DNA of 64,000 nt from the IMG/VR virus record IMGVR_UViG_3300022934_002729, positions 4,870 through 68,869 of that record; one strand, 5' to 3'. The translations under genes and the position numbers were made by a program. This DNA is from a virus. Each line of letters opens with the position of its first letter. Position 1 is the first letter of the stretch. This document shows positions 9,492-19,248 of this stretch, piece after piece. The notes under the pieces were generated by a model. It worked only from the letters and a program-made list of their open reading frames with translations, was not told where the DNA came from and ran no database searches.

Positions 9492-10207
9492 TAAATTGCC
9501 TTTACAATATCAACACTTTCTTGCCAGGTCTGTGTTGCACTTTCAAAATTAATATTTGCAATCACACGATGCTGTGTACCTTGATTGTATGCTTCGTGCC
9601 ACTGTTTAACGTTCCACAGCACTGGTCTATCTGTTAGTGCATATCTGCATGTTGCTTCTTCGTCAGTGAGCAAATAACGTTCGTTGTCTTTATTATATGT
9701 TTTCCAATAGTATTCGCTCCAGTATACGCCTATACTAGGATCATCTGGTATGTAACCATCTACATCCTCATACTCAGGCCAACTAGTAATAGTGTTTTCG
9801 TCACAGCCTGCAATTGGAAAAATTAAACTTGCAACACTGCTAGTATAATGATGTCTATGACAGAAAAATAAATGTTCTACATTTTTAAAACTTGGCTGTG
9901 TTGGATCACTTTGAAAAAACTTAATAGCACGTGTAAACCCAAAACGCCCTAGCATATCGCTTAATTCACGATAAGGTTCTATGTCTGCTAGATATACAAC
10001 CTGCATAAGAGGTTTGTCTGGATCGTAAAGTGCATAATGCTCTTTTATGTGTTCTTTAAAAAATTCCGATTCGGGCTCTTGTGTATATATATTTGGTAAA
10101 TGCGAGAATATTTCCATGCATTGATCATGCATCCATTGTAGACCAGACGTTAAATCTGGCTCGCATACAAAGTTTGTTGCTAGTGTTGGATCTGTTAAAA
10201 TTGGCAT
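9491..10207 (-). CDS. Putative cupin/non-heme iron oxygenase (probable start ATG 10207)
   Basis: CHRHH...SLIFPI...PVLWNVKQWHEAYN...RVIANINF; start placed by ATAAATA-N5-ATG. Confidence 0.5.
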   Translation of the reverse strand: MPILTDPTLATNFVCEPDLTSGLQWMHDQCMEIFSHLPNIYTQEPESEFFKEHIKEHYALYDPDKPLMQVVYLADIEPYRELSDMLGRFGFTRAIKFFQSDPTQPSFKNVEHLFFCHRHHYTSSVASLIFPIAGCDENTITSWPEYEDVDGYIPDDPSIGVYWSEYYWKTYNKDNERYLLTDEEATCRYALTDRPVLWNVKQWHEAYNQGTQHRVIANINFESATQTWQESVDIVKAI

Positions 10208-10211
10208 ATTG

Positions 10212-11339
10212 CTATTTATTAACTTTTCTTTTTGGTATTTTACTGTCTGCACTACTAACACATGCAGGTGTAGTACAAACACGTGGTCCGTCAAACAGTT
10301 TAAATCCTGTTTCTATATTACCTAGAGGAACATCATGACAACTGTAACTACGCTTAATACTGCCATCAGGCTCACGGATAATAATACCGCTATACCCACT
10401 CTGACACATCCATCCTTCAAACTTGTTAAATCCGAAAGCATTAAATCTCTCCGCTTGGTCCATGTACCATTTTTTGCCTTTACTATCTGTAAATTCTACT
10501 TGCATATGCCACGGTACGCTTTTATCATTTTCGCCTATTGCATAAGGCGGCAATTCGAAACTTGGCCTTGGACGAGCGGCCCATTTTCGCTTTGACTCAG
10601 TATACGCCATTTGCGGCATACCGTTCCACAATCGCTGTAACATTTCTTCTGTATAACCGTCCACGACTCTTGACGCCGTTGGGTCGCTTTGTGGTTTAAG
10701 GGTAACGTTGATTCCTTGTTCGTGAAAGAACAGGGCGTTTTCCCAGTCCTTTTCAAACCACTCGGGAACCATGACCATATTGATTGTAATTTGAACATCG
10801 TGCTCCTGACACAGGATTAATTTATCTGCAAAGTCCTGCATCTTCTCACGTGTATTTAAGTGTTCTGTGTGTAAACTAGCGGTTATACTTGCTCTATGAA
10901 AGGGCTTTGCACGTTCTACATAATCTTCAAACCATTTCATAGGACGACTACAGTTTGATGTCATATGTATGGAAGTATAATTAGTATTAGGCACATCATC
11001 AGCCAAGTAACCAAGTATGTCCAAGTACCCTGGATGAAAAGTAGGCTCACCGCCAGACAAACTAAAATGGAAACTGTTAAAACCGTTATCACGTGCTTGC
11101 CTCTTTATTTCATCAATAGTCTTAAGACATAAGTCGGTGGGTCTGTGGTCTTTACGATCTGATCGGGCGTAGGGCCAACAATAGCTGCAACGATAATTGC
11201 AAAACCTACCAAGTAACCAACTAACAGTAAACAAATCTCTGTAAAGAAGAGTACGTTGCCCAACTTGGACAATGTCATCGTACGGAATTTTTGTAAAGTC
11301 ATACTCACTCCATTTTAAATCTTCATTGGACTCTGCCAT
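10212..11339 (-). CDS. Radical SAM protein with C-terminal Cys-rich region
   Basis: CNYRCSYC, SGGEPT, MTSN; C-terminal WMC...SC...CTTPAC. Confidence 0.92.
   Translation of the reverse strand: MAESNEDLKWSEYDFTKIPYDDIVQVGQRTLLYRDLFTVSWLLGRFCNYRCSYCWPYARSDRKDHRPTDLCLKTIDEIKRQARDNGFNSFHFSLSGGEPTFHPGYLDILGYLADDVPNTNYTSIHMTSNCSRPMKWFEDYVERAKPFHRASITASLHTEHLNTREKMQDFADKLILCQEHDVQITINMVMVPEWFEKDWENALFFHEQGINVTLKPQSDPTASRVVDGYTEEMLQRLWNGMPQMAYTESKRKWAARPRPSFELPPYAIGENDKSVPWHMQVEFTDSKGKKWYMDQAERFNAFGFNKFEGWMCQSGYSGIIIREPDGSIKRSYSCHDVPLGNIETGFKLFDGPRVCTTPACVSSADSKIPKRKVNK
10213..10219 (-). promoter_or_regulatory. ATAAATA motif 5 nt upstream of ATG 10207
   Basis: Minus strand ATAAATA-gcaat-ATG. Confidence 0.55.
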
Positions 11340-11481
11340 CTAATCTCATTTCCAAATATTTAATAACTTGTTCAAACATTACTTTTAATTCAGTATCGTT
11401 TGTTTCTTCATACATTAATCTTACTTCTTTTAATTCTTCTTCAAATAAAGTTTTAACACTTACAATTTTATGATCAGCCAA
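11323..11481 (-). CDS. Small acidic helical protein (52 aa, TTG start; not in ORF track)
   Basis: Read manually: (M)ADHKIVSVKTLFEEELKEVRLMYEETNDTELKVMFEQVIKYLEMRLDGRVQ*; fills the gap between two co-oriented genes exactly. Confidence 0.6.
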   Translation of the reverse strand: MADHKIVSVKTLFEEELKEVRLMYEETNDTELKVMFEQVIKYLEMRLDGRVQ

Positions 11482-11482
11482 A

Positions 11483-12160
11483 TTAAAATTCTCCAAATGC
11501 CCACTTACGTTCTAAGCACCACCAGCAGTTACCACACGGAGTATTTTCAAATTTTGGGTCGTAATATTTGTAAGCAGGCATATTTTCACAACTCCTGGTT
11601 AACTGTACTAAATCTCCTACTTGATACTGTTTATACATAGATGCAATAAATCTTTTATCTACATTTATAAATGGTGTATAATAATGATTAATCCACTGTG
11701 GTTTATCTCGTCCAATTCTATAAGCAGGTTCGGGCGGATATAAATCAACTACTTCTCCGTTTATAGTTTCTGCAGTTTCTCCTTCATTTGGACACGCAGT
11801 AAGCCCAGATACAACACAATCAATGTCTTGTGTATTAAATAAGTTTTTTTCTACTGTGTCAAAGTATTCAACATTTTGTACATCTTTATAATATGAATAA
11901 TGCATATTAATTTTTGTAGTATTTGTTTTATCAATTACATAATTGATAACATCTGCTGCACGTCTACTATTCCATCTATGTTTTTCATCATTTGAACAAG
12001 TTAGAACATTTATTAAAACATCTTTATTCTCAAAATATTTTATTAACATATATAATAAAATACTACTATCAGCACCGCCACTACAACGAACTCCAATTTT
12101 TTTATACTGATCTGGTATAAAAAAATCAACTGTTTGATTATATTCGTCTGACAGTATCAT
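11483..12160 (-). CDS. QueC/ExsB-like PP-loop ATPase
   Basis: SGGADS PP-loop; TRSCE...PCGNCWWCLERKWAF zinc motif. Confidence 0.8.
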   Translation of the reverse strand: MILSDEYNQTVDFFIPDQYKKIGVRCSGGADSSILLYMLIKYFENKDVLINVLTCSNDEKHRWNSRRAADVINYVIDKTNTTKINMHYSYYKDVQNVEYFDTVEKNLFNTQDIDCVVSGLTACPNEGETAETINGEVVDLYPPEPAYRIGRDKPQWINHYYTPFINVDKRFIASMYKQYQVGDLVQLTRSCENMPAYKYYDPKFENTPCGNCWWCLERKWAFGEF

Positions 12161-13149
12161 TATAATTCTTCTTTAATAAACACATCTCTTTTCATTTGTT
12201 TACATACTTGCATACAACGTGGTACTGGATTATCACTAGTCCAACTATCTTTAATGCCTTGCCATATATCACTATTAATAGCCTGTTCGATACTTGCATT
12301 TTTTAAATTAATAGTATCATAATAATTGTTGTTTTCAATTAGTGTTTCAAAGTCGTCTTTAACTTCTCCGCTTGCAGTGTATTCCATCATTTTACTGTTT
12401 AAGTGACAGCAAGGAATAACATTACCATTATGATTAATAAAAATTCTTTTTTGATTTCCGTACTTGCAACTAATATACGGTATTTCTGGTGCATTGTCAA
12501 TCTCTTCTGTTTTTGCAGCCTTAACTGTATCTCCTTTAGATTCTTTACGATGACTAATAATAGTTTTAAATCCTTTGAATCCTTCATCAGTTGCACGTTG
12601 CTTGGCTTCTTCAAGTTGATGTTCGTTGTGTTCAAATACAATAAATTGCCAATTGCTACGGCCGCCTGCAGCATTAAATGCACGAAAGTTACGTTCTACT
12701 TTGACAAAGTTAGAACCTTCTCTGTATACTTCACTTAATTCATCACTGCCATCTATTCCCCAGGTAACTGCATGACTTGTGCCTTTGAGTATACCAGCAA
12801 GGTTTTCCCACCATTGCTCAGTCCGAGTGCTTCCGTTTGTTGCAATATTAATATGTGCACCCCAGTCTGCAAAGTACTCTACTATAGCATGAAAATCAGG
12901 GTGTGTTGTGGGTTCATCTACACTGCCACAAAAATTAATAATTTTAATTGCAGGCATTTCTTCTTTGCGAAAACGCTCACGTATGGTATCTAAACTAATA
13001 TATTCTTTATTTAGAATTTTGTCTGCTTGTTTACTAAGTTCTCTAAAACAACCTTTACAACGAATATTACAAAAACTTGTAAGTTCAATATCCAACCATT
13101 CAAGCGTATCCATACTCCACATATTAAAATCCTTTAGAAACTGTAGCAA
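12160..13149 (-). CDS. Radical SAM protein with C-terminal SPASM/twitch-like domain
   Basis: CNIRCKGC, CGSVDEP, ATNG, FEHNEHQ, C-terminal C...PCC...C..VC. Confidence 0.92.
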   Translation of the reverse strand: MLQFLKDFNMWSMDTLEWLDIELTSFCNIRCKGCFRELSKQADKILNKEYISLDTIRERFRKEEMPAIKIINFCGSVDEPTTHPDFHAIVEYFADWGAHINIATNGSTRTEQWWENLAGILKGTSHAVTWGIDGSDELSEVYREGSNFVKVERNFRAFNAAGGRSNWQFIVFEHNEHQLEEAKQRATDEGFKGFKTIISHRKESKGDTVKAAKTEEIDNAPEIPYISCKYGNQKRIFINHNGNVIPCCHLNSKMMEYTASGEVKDDFETLIENNNYYDTINLKNASIEQAINSDIWQGIKDSWTSDNPVPRCMQVCKQMKRDVFIKEEL

Positions 13150-13741
13150 TACTTTTTTTAACTTTAGAAAACAGTCCAGTGGTTTTTTTATTTCTATGTT
13201 CGGTATTTTGTATCGGATCGATACTTAGTTCATTGATAGCCAAATGCGACGGTTGTTTAAATATCCAACTTATATATTCGGCTGCTACATCAATATCCAT
13301 ACAAGTTCTACCAGGATGCTTTTCTTGATTATTACTAAGTGTTCCAAAACTTATATATGTTATTTTTGGACCACTGTGCCATACATTAACTAAACCTAAA
13401 CTATTGCAATAATCACGCAATGCTTTCTTTTCTGCATTGTAAAGCCAACTATTTCCTTTGCTAGTTCTATCAGTAGTACTACCAATACACACAATATGTG
13501 CGTCATTTTGAGCCTTTTTAAGTGTTTTGTATACTGTATCTAGTAGCAAAGTTTGATTAAACTTCCACAGTGCACTGTTAATAACAACTTTGTCATGCTC
13601 TAAACAACGATCTGCAAATGCTTCTTGACCATCTGCTTTAGTTAAATCAAAGCCAGTTGCTCTGCTACAAAACTCTGCATCTGGATAATGTAACAATAAA
13701 CTTTTTGCAATTCCTTTTTCTGGATTTCCTGTAATAATCAT
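13124..13741 (-). CDS. Compact SDR-like protein
   Basis: IITGNPEKGIA, SRATGFDL, VINSA, CIGS, YNAEK (YxxxK); paralog of 878..1444. Confidence 0.75.
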   Translation of the reverse strand: MIITGNPEKGIAKSLLLHYPDAEFCSRATGFDLTKADGQEAFADRCLEHDKVVINSALWKFNQTLLLDTVYKTLKKAQNDAHIVCIGSTTDRTSKGNSWLYNAEKKALRDYCNSLGLVNVWHSGPKITYISFGTLSNNQEKHPGRTCMDIDVAAEYISWIFKQPSHLAINELSIDPIQNTEHRNKKTTGLFSKVKKSIATVSKGF

Positions 13742-13742
13742 T

Positions 13743-14378
13743 TTATATTCCTACTGTGTATGTTGTTAAATTTTTAGTTCTAGACTCAACTGTTCTTACT
13801 AATTTATTATCATCATCGAGAACATAGTTCCACGGAACACTAGTGACTGGAAACCCAATTCCTAATAATAATTCTATGCCACCTAGTTCTGACGGTGATA
13901 TACCAATTGTTGATGATATTAATTCTTTAATTTCTTTGTTTAAAAAACATTGATTATAACCTGTTTTATATCCTAGTTGACAAGCACTCAATGCAACTGC
14001 TCCGCTACTAATACCAATTGCTGTTCTAACATTTAAATCCCACGGATCATAGTGTCCTTCTTTATTTGTCATATCAGTAAACCCAGGTCCTTGATGCGTA
14101 TTAAACCACATAAAAACAACATGTGCATCCGACTGCGAATTTCTATCAAATGTATCTGGATTGTCTGGATCAATTGAAAATTGATATAGTTGTCTATTAA
14201 TATCTTTGTCAGCAGAGACAACAAGTCTAAAATATTCTACATTTTGTTTTGTAGGCATATTAGTTGCTATTTCAATAAGACCATTTACATGCTCAGTCGG
14301 TACCTCAATTGACTTGTCCCAATTACGCTGACAATGATTTGCTGTTTTACTTGCTAATATTAAATTTTCTATAGTCAT
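13743..14378 (-). CDS. Nitroreductase-family flavoprotein
   Basis: QRNW, MPTKQN (PS/TxxN), GISSGAVALSACQLGYKTG, LLLGIGFP. Confidence 0.75.
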   Translation of the reverse strand: MTIENLILASKTANHCQRNWDKSIEVPTEHVNGLIEIATNMPTKQNVEYFRLVVSADKDINRQLYQFSIDPDNPDTFDRNSQSDAHVVFMWFNTHQGPGFTDMTNKEGHYDPWDLNVRTAIGISSGAVALSACQLGYKTGYNQCFLNKEIKELISSTIGISPSELGGIELLLGIGFPVTSVPWNYVLDDDNKLVRTVESRTKNLTTYTVGI

Positions 14379-15583
14379 TTTGTATTCTCAAATATACTCA
14401 TATCTTCAATATGCTGCGGAAGTATTTCCATCAATGAATTACGTTCTGTTGCTTTAGGTGTACACATTCCACAACCACAGTGTTTACCTGGTCCTAGCGG
14501 ACAAGTAATTACAGGCATAGTTTTATTTTCTAAGTTTGTACGTAGTTCATTGATAATATCATCGCATTTACTAATGTTTCCTATTGGTCCACGTGTTCCA
14601 TCAAATCGTGCTTGACAAGTCTGGTGGTGCCATATAGTATCTGTTTGCTGTTCAATATGTAAAAAGAACCAGTTAACACTACACTGCCAGTTACTGAACT
14701 TAGCAAATTCTAAGAATGTACTTTTACTCCAGCAGCCATCTGTGCCACAAGTTTCCATTGTGCGACTACCGCAACAGGGCCTGCCTAGTTGTCTAGCCAG
14801 TTTCTTTTCTTCTGTTTTTTCTACTTGTACAGCACCTGCTTCGTGTCCTACTTCTGCTTCTGCTTCTTCTGTAGTTTTGTTTAGTGCTGCATTTTTATTT
14901 GCCCAGTAGTCTTTCATCCACTGTAGTTGTTCATCTGTATAACGATGTGCATATGAATTTTTACTATCCTCATGCTCACCAATCATACGTGGCACGTAGC
15001 CAATACCGTCACGTTCTAATCTGGCACATAATTCTGCACACTCATCCCAATACTCTGCGTGAAACATTACATTAATTTTAATAGGAAATTTACGTTCGTG
15101 CAATAGATATATATTATTAATAACCTGTTGTTTTAAACTATTATGTGCTTCAGCATGATAACTAATTGTCATAAAACCATAATGCTCTACAACACTATTT
15201 GCCATTTTAGGACCAAACGCACCATTACTAGTGATAGTTAAGTTCATATGAAACTTATCGCTGTGATGTTCTTTCCAAGTTGTTTTAAGCCATTCGCCAA
15301 AAGGTAAAAAATTAGGATTCGCTGTAGGCTCGCCGCCTGTAAAATTAATGTTTAATCTTTTATTTTTTTTATAAGGAAAAATTAATTCAGCATAATCAAA
15401 TATAAACTGACCTGTGCGTTTCAGCGTTTCAATATCAGCATGTGGACTAAAGTTATCGTGTCTATGCGGCGGACAATATGTACAGTCATAGTTGCAACGT
15501 CTACCTACATCCCAAGTAACTGTAAGGTTATCTCCATCTAGCAAATTAATTGCTGTAAAATCTGTGTATTCTAAATCTTTCAT
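14375..15583 (-). CDS. Radical SAM protein with C-terminal Cys-rich region
   Basis: CNYDCTYC, TGGEPT, TSNG; C-terminal PCCG, WQC, TC, CP...CGCGMC. Confidence 0.92.
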   Translation of the reverse strand: MKDLEYTDFTAINLLDGDNLTVTWDVGRRCNYDCTYCPPHRHDNFSPHADIETLKRTGQFIFDYAELIFPYKKNKRLNINFTGGEPTANPNFLPFGEWLKTTWKEHHSDKFHMNLTITSNGAFGPKMANSVVEHYGFMTISYHAEAHNSLKQQVINNIYLLHERKFPIKINVMFHAEYWDECAELCARLERDGIGYVPRMIGEHEDSKNSYAHRYTDEQLQWMKDYWANKNAALNKTTEEAEAEVGHEAGAVQVEKTEEKKLARQLGRPCCGSRTMETCGTDGCWSKSTFLEFAKFSNWQCSVNWFFLHIEQQTDTIWHHQTCQARFDGTRGPIGNISKCDDIINELRTNLENKTMPVITCPLGPGKHCGCGMCTPKATERNSLMEILPQHIEDMSIFENTK

Positions 15584-16458
15584 AAACTATTAACTTTCTT
15601 TTTTGCCCATTCACGTTCTGCACACCAATAACAACCTCTGTCCGGGTCACTAGTAACATCCGTACATGTTACTAGTTTTGTAACTCCGTGTTTGTATTTT
15701 GAATAGTCTACAAAGTCTGTATCTGGAAACAGATTATAATCGCCTTCACATGACCTTGTTGTGTTAAGTAAATCTTCCCATCCACGTCTAACATACTGTC
15801 CTATTATAAAATCTTTGCTAATAAGTTTCCATGGATGCACGTGCTTTGAATTTAGAGTATCTTCTCCAAACTGTGGATTTTTATCTGTGTTATCAAGTCT
15901 TTCTTGATTCCAAAATCTATCAACAGGGCTTTGTCTATGTTTAAACTCTAATTCTGGAGGATTATTAGTAATAAAACTATAAACTGCTTCTAAGTTATAT
16001 GTGTAAGTTACATACTTATTAAAACTTTGTGTACATAATCTGTCACCCGACAATCCAATTTCTGATAATACCCCGTTCAGATTCCGATCATTTCTTAGAA
16101 CCCCTTCTTCAATCTCAGGTGGAATAAAATTTTGTATACGTTGCATATTAACATTAGGAAACATTTCACGTATCTTGTTATAAACTTCAATACTAATAGG
16201 TCCGGCCCACGGCCTATTGTTCCAGACTCTTATATTAGTTAAAACAAAAACTTCTGTATTATTACCAAATTTTTCAATAAGTTCTAGTAAAATACAAGTA
16301 CCAACTGCACTGTCTGCTCCGCCGCTTAAATTTACTGCAATACGCTTCCAACTCGGATCATACGGAAACAGTGCTTCATCAACTTGATGTAGTATACCAG
16401 GATCAACATTAAATTTTTCATAACAACTGTTACTTAAACTACAATCAAATTCCATCAA
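15580..16458 (-). CDS. QueC/ExsB-like PP-loop ATPase
   Basis: LSGGADS; TRSCEG...C...GCYWCAEREWA. Confidence 0.75.
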   Translation of the reverse strand: MMEFDCSLSNSCYEKFNVDPGILHQVDEALFPYDPSWKRIAVNLSGGADSAVGTCILLELIEKFGNNTEVFVLTNIRVWNNRPWAGPISIEVYNKIREMFPNVNMQRIQNFIPPEIEEGVLRNDRNLNGVLSEIGLSGDRLCTQSFNKYVTYTYNLEAVYSFITNNPPELEFKHRQSPVDRFWNQERLDNTDKNPQFGEDTLNSKHVHPWKLISKDFIIGQYVRRGWEDLLNTTRSCEGDYNLFPDTDFVDYSKYKHGVTKLVTCTDVTSDPDRGCYWCAEREWAKKKVNSL

Positions 16459-17845
16459 ATATTCCTTTCATTTCAGGGAATGTTGCACTAAAACTATTAT
16501 TACGTTGTCTATCGCATAGTGCTAAAAACTCACGCATTTCTGGTAGTCGTACACTCCAATCTTCGCTTTCCATAAATGATAACATACCTTCTAATCTTTT
16601 AATACCATAATCTGCATTACGCCAAGTATCATAATCAACTTTACCTTTGTGCCAAACAGGTATTGATTTCTCCCAGTTTTCTTCCCACCAAGGATAAAAC
16701 TCTTCATACTTGCGTCGACATTCTGCTTTAAACCAAGCAGGCAATACTTTTACATTTAAGTGTGCAGGATGATACACAAAGTGATAGTTTACACCTCCTG
16801 CTCCAAATGGCCACATGTTAATTTTATGGAAGTTTTGTTCTAGTTTCCATTTAATAAAGTCTGGCAAGTAATATACATTAAGTGCTTGAACTGCACAAGC
16901 AACAGTGACTTCTACATTGTTACTTGTTTCTTTATCTAATATATGAAACACTTCCTCTGTACGTTTCCAATCACTTGGATAACGTATATAACTGTTCATT
17001 TCGTGTATACTGTCTACACTATAATGGAATCGTACGAGTTTAAATTCTTTCCACAGTTCAAACAAATCTTCACGCCATTCTACACCGTTTGAGTTATAAC
17101 GTAGTTCTAAATTTTTAGCATGTCCTTGGCGTATACATTCTTCTAGTATTTCGTAATGTTCTTCGATAATAAGACTTTCGCCGCCGGCGAAGTATACTTG
17201 TTGCATATTAGGGATTTGTTCATAAAACTGTTCCCAAAACACAGAATTATTTTTGTGCCAATTATAACTGCTGCCGTTAATACTTCCTTTATCACGCCAC
17301 ATTGTATTTTCTTTTAGTGTTTCGTTTTGTATTTGAGGATGTATTGCACTCCAGTCTTTGATCCAACCGCTACTATCATGCGGGCTACACATTACACAAG
17401 CAAGTTGACATTTTGTACCAAAACGTAAATCAATATACGTTAGTTCAGGCGGTACACTACCATCATCTTGTGTATTTTCCAACAAGCGATCTACATCAAC
17501 TCGCTGACTCCAATATGCAGTTTCCCACTGACGTTTACTACGATGTCCTGCTGCTTCTTCTTTAAAACATTTAATACAACTTGGCGGTATTTCGCTGTTC
17601 ATCATTTGTTTACGAACATTGCGCATATATGTACTGTTCCAAGAACTTTGAAAATCCGTAATGTTTAAGTTGTTAGGACGACCTTCGTCATCTTTTAATA
17701 CACCTACCATGCCGCCATGTTCTTTATCATTTGTAGGACCTACGCTACTAGCGTTAGCCGTACAACATACTCTCATTGATCCATCGGGTCGTGTACTTAA
17801 ATGTACCCATGGTAATATACAAAATGTTTCACTAGGTGTTGTCAT
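16445..17845 (-). CDS. Radical SAM protein with N-terminal twitch/SPASM-like domain
   Basis: CILPW...CC...CIKC, then CQLACVMC, AGGES, NSNG, YIRYP. Confidence 0.93.
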   Translation of the reverse strand: MTTPSETFCILPWVHLSTRPDGSMRVCCTANASSVGPTNDKEHGGMVGVLKDDEGRPNNLNITDFQSSWNSTYMRNVRKQMMNSEIPPSCIKCFKEEAAGHRSKRQWETAYWSQRVDVDRLLENTQDDGSVPPELTYIDLRFGTKCQLACVMCSPHDSSGWIKDWSAIHPQIQNETLKENTMWRDKGSINGSSYNWHKNNSVFWEQFYEQIPNMQQVYFAGGESLIIEEHYEILEECIRQGHAKNLELRYNSNGVEWREDLFELWKEFKLVRFHYSVDSIHEMNSYIRYPSDWKRTEEVFHILDKETSNNVEVTVACAVQALNVYYLPDFIKWKLEQNFHKINMWPFGAGGVNYHFVYHPAHLNVKVLPAWFKAECRRKYEEFYPWWEENWEKSIPVWHKGKVDYDTWRNADYGIKRLEGMLSFMESEDWSVRLPEMREFLALCDRQRNNSFSATFPEMKGIFDGI

Positions 17846-19202
17846 TTATTATCTCGTTGAAGTTTGGTATAATATCATATACGCTTTGTTTTCTATGACT
17901 ATCAAGTTGATTTGTATAATCAACACATTGTTTTCTTAGAACTTTAATATTTTTATCATTTGATTTAGCAAACCAATATTGCAATTTACCGTCTTTGTTA
18001 TAGCCAATTGCTTCTGTATAAAGTGCAATATTTACTAGTCTTGTTCTTAACGTATCTAATACACGCCAGTGATGTTGTACTTTTTCTGTTTGAATTTCTA
18101 TATTTTTAATTATAGAATCTAAGTACTCTATTGTAGGTGTGTATACATTCCAATACCATGTTTCTTTACCATGTGTATTTAACAACTTTACACTAAGGTA
18201 GTTTGGATCGTACAATAAATCTAAATCTAATATAAATTTATCGCACAATTCTTTTTCAATCCATTTATTAATATACCATTTAATTAATTCATCTATTTTA
18301 AAAATATTATATATTTGTATTACAGGTGTAAGATTTAAAACAGCATTTGTTTCAAGTATAAGATCTATGTTACGTTCAATTGTTGCCCAGTTACTAGGAT
18401 AGCGTATATAATCATTTGTATTGTTTACACCATCTATGCTTCCATTTATTTCTACACTATGAAAATACTTGAATAATTTTAAAAATCTTGACTGTATATT
18501 AGTTAAGTTACTAGTCAGTTTAAATCTTATTCTTTGTGCATGTCCTGTTTCAATTAGTTGTTCTGCTAGTTCATACATTTCGTCGTGTAGTGTAGGTTCT
18601 CCTCCTACAAAAGTAATTTCTTCAATGTCTGCAATACCTGTATGTAAACTCTCCCACAGACGTTTAGTATCCCATTCAGCAACTTCATAGTTCTTGTAAT
18701 GTGTTGGCAATCCTTTGTCAGCAAATTGCTGTTGCTCTTTAACTATTTGACTACTAAAATGAGGCCAACACATGCGACATTTTAAATTGCACAAGTTGCT
18801 GAGTCTGATATCATAATAGCGTATACGTGGATTTTCTACAAGTTCACGCACTGGCTCCGATAGTTTATTTTCTTTGTGTAACCATTTTTGATTTTCTTTT
18901 CTTCGCTTACTTGGTAACTCTTTTGAATGATCACGATTCCAAGCACTGTAAAATGTTTCTTCTTCTGTCCAACATATTTTACATTCAGGTAATCTTTCAT
19001 CGTTTAAAACACGCTGTCTTAGTTGTGTATAATGATTGCTATTCCATATTTCATTGATCGTGTGCTTATTAACGTTAAACGGATTTCCGTCATCGTCACA
19101 TATAACGTCATGTTTAGAAACTTTACAACACAAACGACAGTGCCCTTCTGTTGTAGTTGCTAAGTGGATGAAAGGTAAAATGCAAAAATTCTTATTGCTC
19201 AT
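17832..19202 (-). CDS. Radical SAM protein with N-terminal twitch/SPASM-like domain
   Basis: CILPF...CC...CKIC, CNLKCRMC, GGEPT, YIRYP. Confidence 0.93.
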   Translation of the reverse strand: MSNKNFCILPFIHLATTTEGHCRLCCKVSKHDVICDDDGNPFNVNKHTINEIWNSNHYTQLRQRVLNDERLPECKICWTEEETFYSAWNRDHSKELPSKRRKENQKWLHKENKLSEPVRELVENPRIRYYDIRLSNLCNLKCRMCWPHFSSQIVKEQQQFADKGLPTHYKNYEVAEWDTKRLWESLHTGIADIEEITFVGGEPTLHDEMYELAEQLIETGHAQRIRFKLTSNLTNIQSRFLKLFKYFHSVEINGSIDGVNNTNDYIRYPSNWATIERNIDLILETNAVLNLTPVIQIYNIFKIDELIKWYINKWIEKELCDKFILDLDLLYDPNYLSVKLLNTHGKETWYWNVYTPTIEYLDSIIKNIEIQTEKVQHHWRVLDTLRTRLVNIALYTEAIGYNKDGKLQYWFAKSNDKNIKVLRKQCVDYTNQLDSHRKQSVYDIIPNFNEIINDNT

Positions 19203-19248
19203 AATACTATTTATTAAGTACGTAGTTTATGTGATAAATAGTATTATG
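19200..19248. promoter_or_regulatory. Divergent promoter region: perfect 15-bp inverted repeat carrying ATAAATA-gtatt-ATG on both strands
   Basis: cataatactatttat (19200-19214) and ataaatagtattatg (19234-19248) are exact reverse complements and include both start codons. Confidence 0.8.

Noticed and set aside
10208-10294. Upstream extension of ORF 9491..10294
   Set aside because: It lies within the upstream radical SAM gene; ATG 10207 fits the promoter spacing.
10212-16458. Canonical queuosine/7-deazaguanine DNA-modification operon (queC/queE)
   Set aside because: The radical SAMs are longer than QueE with extra Cys domains, and no QueD, FolE or DpdA is visible, so gene symbols were withheld.
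19036-19245. 70-aa N-terminal extension of the plus-strand radical SAM in the ORF track
   Set aside because: It overlaps the divergent gene 17832..19202; ATG 19246 matches paralog starts and the ATAAATA-N5-ATG pattern.
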